From Candidatus Woesearchaeota archaeon (GTDB lineage Archaea; Nanobdellota; Nanobdellia; Pacearchaeales; GW2011-AR1): a DNA stretch of 32,625 nt. Positions 14,792 through 20,653 of this stretch are shown piece after piece. The notes below the pieces were generated by a model. That model ran no database searches and was not told the DNA's origin. It saw only the letters and a list, made by a program, of their open reading frames with translations. Both the position numbers and the translations under genes were made by a program. The DNA is taken from assembly GCA_964469785.1 (NCBI GenBank), contig CAYXYT010000002.1, positions 1-32,625 of the forward strand. The letters run 5' to 3'. The first letter of the stretch is position 1. Each line of letters begins with the position of its first letter.

Positions 14792-16874
14792 AAAAGGTGC
14801 GCTTGCAATAAGCCAGATTCTGATTTTGATAATTGGAATTATAGCTATTGGTTATGCTTTTGGAAGTCAGGTTGGAGTTGTTAGTGGGCAGCTTGGAACC
14901 ACTCCTTTGTCGACAGGAACGCCCACTGCAACGTCAAGTTACTATATTAATCCTTTTGGTTCTCATCCGTTTCTCCCTGGAATTGGTACTATGATTCGGG
15001 ATTTGAAACAGAGGATAGCCAGTGAATTATCAATTGTAAACATGTTTTATCATGCAGTAGGTGCCTTTATTGCTGCTTTTGTTATTGCGGCATTAGTAAG
15101 TAGCGCTATGGGAGGGGGTGTTGACTGGGACTTTGCAACAAGATTTGGCGGGGCTGTTTCTACAACCTGGCTGTCTGCAGAAAGTGGATTTAAGGCAGGC
15201 GAATGGGCTGCTAGAAGTACAGGACTCGCAGACGCGGGAGGTGTTCTCGGAGGGATTGGAACCGCATTGCCTTGGCTTGTTGCCGGAATTGCAGCGTGGG
15301 TTGCATGGCAAAGTGTTAAAGGATGGTTGCAAAAAATAGATGAGAGAACCATATACTTCGAGTGCAAATACTGGCAACCTCAAACAGGTGGAAATAATTG
15401 CGAATCGTGTAATAACGGAGCATTTCCTTGCACAGAATATCAGTGCAAAAGCCTTGGTGTTGCTTGTGACATCATAAATAAAGATACAGATGATCAAGAG
15501 TGCTTTTGGAACAATTCTCAAGATATAACTCCCCCATATATAGAGGCATGGGAAGATGCATTATTGCCTGATTATGAATATAAACCAATTCCAGAGCTAA
15601 GAACAGGCCGCGGTGTTGAAATTAAATATACTGATGAAAATAACCAAGAACAAGAATGCTTACCCGCCTGGACAGTATTTACATATGGAATAACTCTAGA
15701 TAAAAGAGGGCATTGTAGAATTGAGAAGCATACAACAAATAGCTTCTCTGAGATGACTCGTGATTTTGGAGGCAGCCAGACTTGGAAAACAGAGCATAAA
15801 CAATGGATGATATTTCCAGACGTGGCTTATATAGAGGCAGAAGCAGAAGAATCAGGAATTGAAATTGATGTTGATAATAATTATGAATATTATGTGAGGT
15901 GTGAAAATGAAAACGGCTATCCAAATGTTAAAGAATTCTTATTTAAATTTTGCATTGAAGAAGGTCCTGATTATACAGAACCAGAAATTGTTGGATTTAG
16001 CGTGGCTGATAACACTCCAATTCCATTTTTTGCAGAAAATGCTTTACACGAATATCCTATAGAAGCTTATGTTAACAAACCAGCCCAGTGTAAATGGAGT
16101 CATAATGACCGAGATTACAAAGATATGGAAAACAGCATGAGTTGTGCAACAAGCTCCTCTAATATAAATGCTCAGCTCTTATATACTTGCACCACAACAC
16201 TAACAGGCCTGGAAAACAGACAAGAAAACAAATTCTACTTCAGATGCAACAGCAGTTATTTTGGAATTGTGAATGAACAATCCAGGGTTCTCACTCTAAT
16301 TGGAACACAACCACTTGTAATTAGTTCTGCAAGCCCTAATAACACAATAATAAGGGGGTCTTCAGACAGCATCAAAGTAAGTATAGAAGCAACAACGTCT
16401 GCAGGTTATCAAGACGGGACAGCAGCTTGTGCTTATAGTGATACAGGACATTATGATGATTATACAGTGTTTGACGAGACAAATTCACATCAACACTCCA
16501 CAGATATCTGGTTAGGTGAAGGAGATTATGGATTTTACATCCAGTGTTTTGACCTGGCTGGGAACTCAGATGTTGAGATAATAAACTTCACACTTGAGAT
16601 AGACGCTCAGGCTCCAATAGTTGTTAGGGCATTTAGAGAAGGCAGCTCTTTGAAAATAATCACAGATGAAGAAGCAGAGTGTGTTTATAATCCACAATCT
16701 ACGCTTGGGTGTGGCTATAACTTTGAAGATGGGTTGGCAATGACAAGTTATGATGATATAAGTCATACTGTGGCATGGGAAGAAGAGACATTTTATATTA
16801 AATGCAAAGATGAGTTTGGAAATCAGCCAGCATTTAACCAGTGCAGCATAATTGTGAGGCCGTTTGAAGTATAA
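14775..16874 (+). CDS. Chimeric surface protein: class III (pilin-like) signal, Gly/Ala-rich multi-helix hydrophobic region, Cys-rich linker, four tandem ~100-aa beta modules
   Basis: The ORF track starts at 14757. The internal ATG 14775 gives MKTKNKKGALAISQILILIIGIIAIGYAF. The hydrophobic G/A-rich region lies around nt 15040-15340. Four modules each hold C-x-[IWY]... and end in [YF]-[YF]-[VFI]-[RQK]-C-x-[NSD]-x(2,3)-G: HCRIE..YYVRCENENG, QCKWS..FYFRCNSSYFG, ACAYS..FYIQCFDLAGN, ECVYN..FYIKCKDEFGN. Confidence 0.75.
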   Translation: MKTKNKKGALAISQILILIIGIIAIGYAFGSQVGVVSGQLGTTPLSTGTPTATSSYYINPFGSHPFLPGIGTMIRDLKQRIASELSIVNMFYHAVGAFIAAFVIAALVSSAMGGGVDWDFATRFGGAVSTTWLSAESGFKAGEWAARSTGLADAGGVLGGIGTALPWLVAGIAAWVAWQSVKGWLQKIDERTIYFECKYWQPQTGGNNCESCNNGAFPCTEYQCKSLGVACDIINKDTDDQECFWNNSQDITPPYIEAWEDALLPDYEYKPIPELRTGRGVEIKYTDENNQEQECLPAWTVFTYGITLDKRGHCRIEKHTTNSFSEMTRDFGGSQTWKTEHKQWMIFPDVAYIEAEAEESGIEIDVDNNYEYYVRCENENGYPNVKEFLFKFCIEEGPDYTEPEIVGFSVADNTPIPFFAENALHEYPIEAYVNKPAQCKWSHNDRDYKDMENSMSCATSSSNINAQLLYTCTTTLTGLENRQENKFYFRCNSSYFGIVNEQSRVLTLIGTQPLVISSASPNNTIIRGSSDSIKVSIEATTSAGYQDGTAACAYSDTGHYDDYTVFDETNSHQHSTDIWLGEGDYGFYIQCFDLAGNSDVEIINFTLEIDAQAPIVVRAFREGSSLKIITDEEAECVYNPQSTLGCGYNFEDGLAMTSYDDISHTVAWEEETFYIKCKDEFGNQPAFNQCSIIVRPFEV

Positions 16875-16979
16875 AGGGAACCAAGGTTCCCCTTATCAAC
16901 CCTTCCTGATAAGATAATTAATCCAGCTGTGTTAAAAGACCTCTTATCAAACCCTCCTTTAAACTACCCGGGTTTTTTT
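16875..16979 (+). repeat. Intergenic element, locus A of a 3-locus family, starting 1 nt after the stop codon and ending in a T7 run
   Basis: Contains AGGGAACCAAGGTTCCCCTTATCAACCC...ATCCAGCTGTGTTAAAA...CTCTTATCAAACCCTCCTTTAAAC. Hairpin GGGAAC-CAAG-GTTCCC at 16876-16891. Inverted repeat CTTATCA (16892-98) / TGATAAG (16907-13). CCCGGG followed by T7 at 16973-16979. Confidence 0.85.
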
Positions 16980-17086
16980 ATTAAACTTTTTTTAAAAACT
17001 ATTTCGCAAATTCTACATTTTTTAAATTTTTAAATTATATTCTAAATCATAAATATACCCAATACAATCTGCTAATAATGTAATAA

Positions 17087-17094
17087 TTTTTAAA
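17087..17094 (+). promoter_or_regulatory. Candidate TATA box for the 17116 gene
   Basis: TTTTTAAA, 21 nt upstream of ATG 17116. Confidence 0.35.
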
Positions 17095-17115
17095 GACTAG
17101 TTCTTTTTTTTATCT

Positions 17116-17616
17116 ATGAAAAAAAGAGGACAGATGAAACTATCTTTCGGAATGATTTTTTCGATTATTTTAATAATTGTATTCCTTGCTTTTGCCTTTT
17201 TTGCTGTGAAAAAATTTATTGGCTGGGGGGACTCAGCGCAAATCACGCAGTTTAAAAATAATTTTCAGTCAGACATTGATAAATTATGGGCAGCTAGCCA
17301 GGGTTCACAACAAGAAGAATACTTCCTGCCGACAAAAATAACGTATTTGTGCTTTTTAGATTATTATGCAAATGTTCAAGGAATTAATCATCAGGATTTT
17401 TACAGCGAGTTAGAGTTATTTTACCATGGTTCTGAAAACCTGTTTTTTTATCCTCCTGAATCTGCAGATGGCTTAGAGTCTGCAGAGATAAAGCATATTG
17501 ACATTGGTGAGATTACAACTGAAGAAAATCCTTTTTGTATTAAAAATGATAAAGGGAAAATAAAACTTGTGCTTAAAAAAGATTTTGGAGAAAGCCTTGT
17601 CAGAGTCACAAGATAA
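17116..17616 (+). CDS. Class III signal peptide (type IV pilin-like) protein, 166 aa
   Basis: N-terminus MKKRGQMKLSFGMIFSIILIIVFLAFAFFAV: basic stretch, then RG followed by Q, then a hydrophobic helix. Confidence 0.7.
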   Translation: MKKRGQMKLSFGMIFSIILIIVFLAFAFFAVKKFIGWGDSAQITQFKNNFQSDIDKLWAASQGSQQEEYFLPTKITYLCFLDYYANVQGINHQDFYSELELFYHGSENLFFYPPESADGLESAEIKHIDIGEITTEENPFCIKNDKGKIKLVLKKDFGESLVRVTR

Positions 17617-17759
17617 GGATTATGTTATTATATTAATAAACAAACTCTTAGGAAACTAAACTGTGAAAAAGATAAACTGTAAAAAAGAGTCAGAAGAATT
17701 TGAATAAAAATTGTGTCTTAATAAAAATGCTGATAAAATCCAGACTAAAATTCAAATCC

Positions 17760-18680
17760 ATGAACAAAAAAGCTGCTTTGCAAATATCTTTTCAGTGGCT
17801 TTTTGCACTTATTGTCGGCGCTTTCATATTATTTATTGCAATCTATGCTGCCACAAAAGTCATACAAACAGACCAGACATCTGCAAGTGCTGAAGCCAGC
17901 AAAGAGCTTGGTATTTTGCTAAATCCTTTAGAGACTGGTTTTGAATCAGGTAAAACAAATTTGCTTTCAGTGCAAGTAGAAACCAGAATCTATAATACTT
18001 GCGATAATTTTGGAGAGTTTGGGCAACAAACAATTCAGGCGGCCCAAAAAACCTTTAACAAGTGGACAGAAACACCTATTGACGCTCGCTTTCAGAATAA
18101 GTATATTTTCTCTGAAAAGCCTGTTGAAGGAAAAAATTTTTATGTGTTTTCAAAACCGTTTGAATTTCCTTTTAAAATTACAGACCTGATTTATTTAACT
18201 TCTGCAAAAGAAAACTATTGCTTTGTTGAGCCTCCTGTTGAGATTGAAGAAGAGCTCAGAGATTTAAAACAAGGGAATTTGTTTGTTGAGGATTGTCCTG
18301 AGAACAGTATTCGGGTTTGCTTTAATAATGGAAATTGCGAGATTGATGTTGATTATTTTTCAGGATATGTTGAAAAAAATAATGAGCTGGTTTATTTTGA
18401 AACCCCTGCTTTAATGTATGCTGCTGTTTTTTCAGATAAGTATGTCTATAAATGTCAGGTTAAAAGAATTATGCAAAGGCTGGAAAATCTGGCATTGCTA
18501 TATAAAGATAAATCAGGGTTTATTGCCCAACAAGGATGCGTGGCAGAAATGGACCCTGACTTAATAGCTTTAAGCAATCTTGCAAATAGCTTTGAAGATA
18601 CAGGGGATCTTTCCCAAATGACAAATATCGTGAATGCTCTTGAAAATAAAAATGATTTCGCAGAATGTAGGCTGTGGTAG
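17760..18680 (+). CDS. Class III signal peptide (type IV pilin-like) protein, about 306 aa
   Basis: The ORF track starts at a TTG (17700). ATG 17760 gives MNKKAALQISFQWLFALIVGAFILFIAIYAA. ATG 17727 is an alternative start. Confidence 0.65.
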   Translation: MNKKAALQISFQWLFALIVGAFILFIAIYAATKVIQTDQTSASAEASKELGILLNPLETGFESGKTNLLSVQVETRIYNTCDNFGEFGQQTIQAAQKTFNKWTETPIDARFQNKYIFSEKPVEGKNFYVFSKPFEFPFKITDLIYLTSAKENYCFVEPPVEIEEELRDLKQGNLFVEDCPENSIRVCFNNGNCEIDVDYFSGYVEKNNELVYFETPALMYAAVFSDKYVYKCQVKRIMQRLENLALLYKDKSGFIAQQGCVAEMDPDLIALSNLANSFEDTGDLSQMTNIVNALENKNDFAECRLW

Positions 18681-18812
18681 TAAATTTTTCAAAAAAATTT
18701 AGAGTAAACCAGGACGAGATAAAGAGTAACCTTTTAGAAAAAGAGTTAACAAAAAATTAATTGGGCAAAAACCAGGAAAAAAAGATCAGACAAAAATTGA
18801 TATAAAAAAAAG

Positions 18813-19340
18813 ATGGAGCAAACAAACAAAACAAAAAAAGCACAGATGAAAATTCAGCAAATGGCATTTATGTTAATAGCTGTTATTTTGTTTTTCGGTC
18901 TTGTAGCTATGTTTGTTGTGAGTTTTAAGCTTTCTGGTTTAAGAGAAGCAGCTGCTATGCTTGAAGAGAAAAACGCATTATTGCTCGTGACAAAACTAGC
19001 AAACTCACCTGAGTTTTCGTGCGGGCGGGGTTTTGGAACAGAAAAAGTTAATTGTGTTGACCTTGATAAAGCCATGATGTTGAAACAAGATATAGCTAAA
19101 TACGTGAACTTTTGGGGTGTTGAGAACATAGAAATCAGGAGAATTTATCCAGAGCTAACCGGGGAGATTGTGTGTAGCCTGGAGAATTATCCTGACTGCA
19201 ATATAATCCGCTTGCTTTCAGAGTCTAGCGAAGGAACAGGTATTGCGAATTTTGTAGCTCTCTGCAGAAAACACTCTTTTGAAAGGCAGGCTTATAATAA
19301 ATGTGAGTTAGGAAAAATAATTGTGGCATATAGAAAATGA
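18813..19340 (+). CDS. Class III signal peptide (type IV pilin-like) protein, 175 aa
   Basis: N-terminus MEQTNKTKKAQMKIQQMAFMLIAVILFFGLVAMFVV: KKA followed by Q, then a hydrophobic helix. Confidence 0.65.
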   Translation: MEQTNKTKKAQMKIQQMAFMLIAVILFFGLVAMFVVSFKLSGLREAAAMLEEKNALLLVTKLANSPEFSCGRGFGTEKVNCVDLDKAMMLKQDIAKYVNFWGVENIEIRRIYPELTGEIVCSLENYPDCNIIRLLSESSEGTGIANFVALCRKHSFERQAYNKCELGKIIVAYRK

Positions 19341-19819
19341 GAAAAAATAAAAAAGCGCAAGAAGAGATGCTTGGGTTTGCATTAATTATAATTGTGGTTG
19401 CCGTAATCATGCTTGTTTTCCTTAGTCTTTCTTTAAGAAATCAGGAAAAAGAAGTTGTGGAAAGTTATGAAGCTGAGAGTTTTGTCCAGGCTTTTCTACA
19501 ATATCACACAACCTGCCAGGATTACTCTGGGTATATATCTCTAAAAGATTTAATATTTAGCTGCAATAATGAAGAATTGTGCCTAGATGAAAGAGATAGC
19601 TGCGAGGTTTTAAACACCACGCTTGAAGGAATTCTTGAACAGAGCTGGAGAGTTTCACCTGACAGCCCTGTAAAAGGATATGAATTAAGAATTGTTGCTG
19701 GTGGGCAAGAGCTCATAAATCTTGAAAAAGGTAATCTAACAAATAATTATAAAGGAAGTGTGCAGGATTTTATCAAAAGAGGGAATTTAATAGAAATCTT
19801 TTTCACAGCTTATTACTAA
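19337..19819 (+). CDS. Class III signal peptide (type IV pilin-like) protein, 160 aa
   Basis: N-terminus MRKNKKAQEEMLGFALIIIVVAVIMLVFLSL. ATGA overlap with the upstream gene suggests translational coupling. Confidence 0.65.
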   Translation: MRKNKKAQEEMLGFALIIIVVAVIMLVFLSLSLRNQEKEVVESYEAESFVQAFLQYHTTCQDYSGYISLKDLIFSCNNEELCLDERDSCEVLNTTLEGILEQSWRVSPDSPVKGYELRIVAGGQELINLEKGNLTNNYKGSVQDFIKRGNLIEIFFTAYY

Positions 19820-19890
19820 CCCCTCCTTTAAAATAGCACCAGGTTTCCCCTTATCAACCCCTCCTTTAAATTAATATCCAGCGCCCTTAA
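19820..19890 (+). repeat. Intergenic element, locus B of the same family
   Basis: CCCCTCCTTTAAAATAGCACCAGGTTTCCCCTTATCAACCCCTCCTTTAAATTAATATCCAGCGCCCTTAAAAAT starts right after stop 19817-19819. It shares GGTTYCCCYTTATCAAMCCCTCCTTTAAA and ATCCAGC..TTAAAA with loci A and C. Confidence 0.8.
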
Positions 19891-19901
19891 AAATATCGGC
19901 G

Positions 19902-20267
19902 TTACATTTTTAGATGAATTGTGATTTTATCCACCACAATCTTTGGAACATGCCTAATTCTCTTTTTTGTTCTTTCTTTTATAAGTTGAATAAAGCCAAA
20001 ACGTTCTAAAAGTTTAATATCATCATTCACAGCCTTAAAGTTTCTATCCAGCTTTTTGGCTAAATCGTAAATAGATGTGGGATTTTTGGTCTTTATTGTA
20101 TACAACATACGGGCTTTTTCATTGCTCAAAAGCTGTCTTAAAGCCAGAATTCCTGAAAAATCTAAATCTTTTTTTGAAGCCCCTGCCTTTTTAAAAATAG
20201 AAAAAGCTCCTTTAGATTGCTTTAAAGTTATTTCTCTTGTCTTTGTTTTTTGTTTTTTTCTTGCCAT
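19902..20267 (-). CDS. Small winged-helix (ArsR/MarR-like) DNA-binding protein, putative transcription regulator
   Basis: 121 aa. Basic N-terminus, then a pattern typical of wHTH proteins (RQLLSNEKARMLYTIKTKNPTSIYDLAKKLDRNFKAVNDDIKLLERFGFIQL). Divergent from the S-layer gene. The family assignment is by eye only. Confidence 0.5.
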   Translation of the reverse strand: MARKKQKTKTREITLKQSKGAFSIFKKAGASKKDLDFSGILALRQLLSNEKARMLYTIKTKNPTSIYDLAKKLDRNFKAVNDDIKLLERFGFIQLIKERTKKRIRHVPKIVVDKITIHLKM

Positions 20268-20434
20268 TTGCTCATAAAATGATATATGTAATTTCTATTT
20301 AGATATGTGTAATATATATATTTTAAATATATATTCTTTCTTAATATATATTATAGTTAACTACCCTATCTTAATAAATTTTTGGGTTTTGAGAAAAACC
20401 CAACCTGTATTAATACACTAGTGACAAAGAAAGC

Positions 20435-20442
20435 TTTATAAA
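20435..20442 (+). promoter_or_regulatory. Candidate BRE/TATA (GAAAGC-TTTATAAA) for the S-layer gene, implying a ~185-nt leader
   Basis: Best match in the 386-bp intergenic region to the AAATC/AAAGC-TTTATAAA consensus seen elsewhere in the window. An alternative weaker TATA, TTAATATA at 20619-20626, cannot be excluded. Confidence 0.3.
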
Positions 20443-20633
20443 TAAAACCATAAAAAATAGGGTGTTTTAAGCAGAAAGAGCGATTTTCAACAATAAGCTT
20501 TTTAAAGTAAATGACTTCCATAAATTAATAAAAATCTAACAGGGGATCATATTCATCTCAACGAAATGGCATACCCTGTGCTGTGGAGTTGAGAGGGAGG
20601 TTGTCTTAGACAACATGATTAATATAGGTGAAA

Positions 20634-20638
20634 GGAGG
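20634..20638 (+). promoter_or_regulatory. Shine-Dalgarno-like GGAGG upstream of the S-layer gene
   Basis: AAAGGAGGTT, 15 nt upstream of ATG 20654. Confidence 0.45.
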
Positions 20639-20653
20639 TTAAAAATATAAAAT

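Noticed and set aside
15050-15521. Antisense and alternate-frame ORFs (15050..15367-, 15093..15521-, 15118..15339+) lie inside the 705-aa gene.
   Set aside because: They coincide with the Gly/Ala-rich (GC-rich) segment of the main frame. They have no start context or motifs, so they are shadow ORFs.
20268-20340. An (AT)n-rich near-palindrome (AATATATATATTTTAAATATATATT) between the wHTH gene and the S-layer gene was considered as a specific operator.
   Set aside because: This is low-complexity TA sequence in an already AT-rich intergenic region, so the palindromy is expected by chance. It may simply be promoter DNA.
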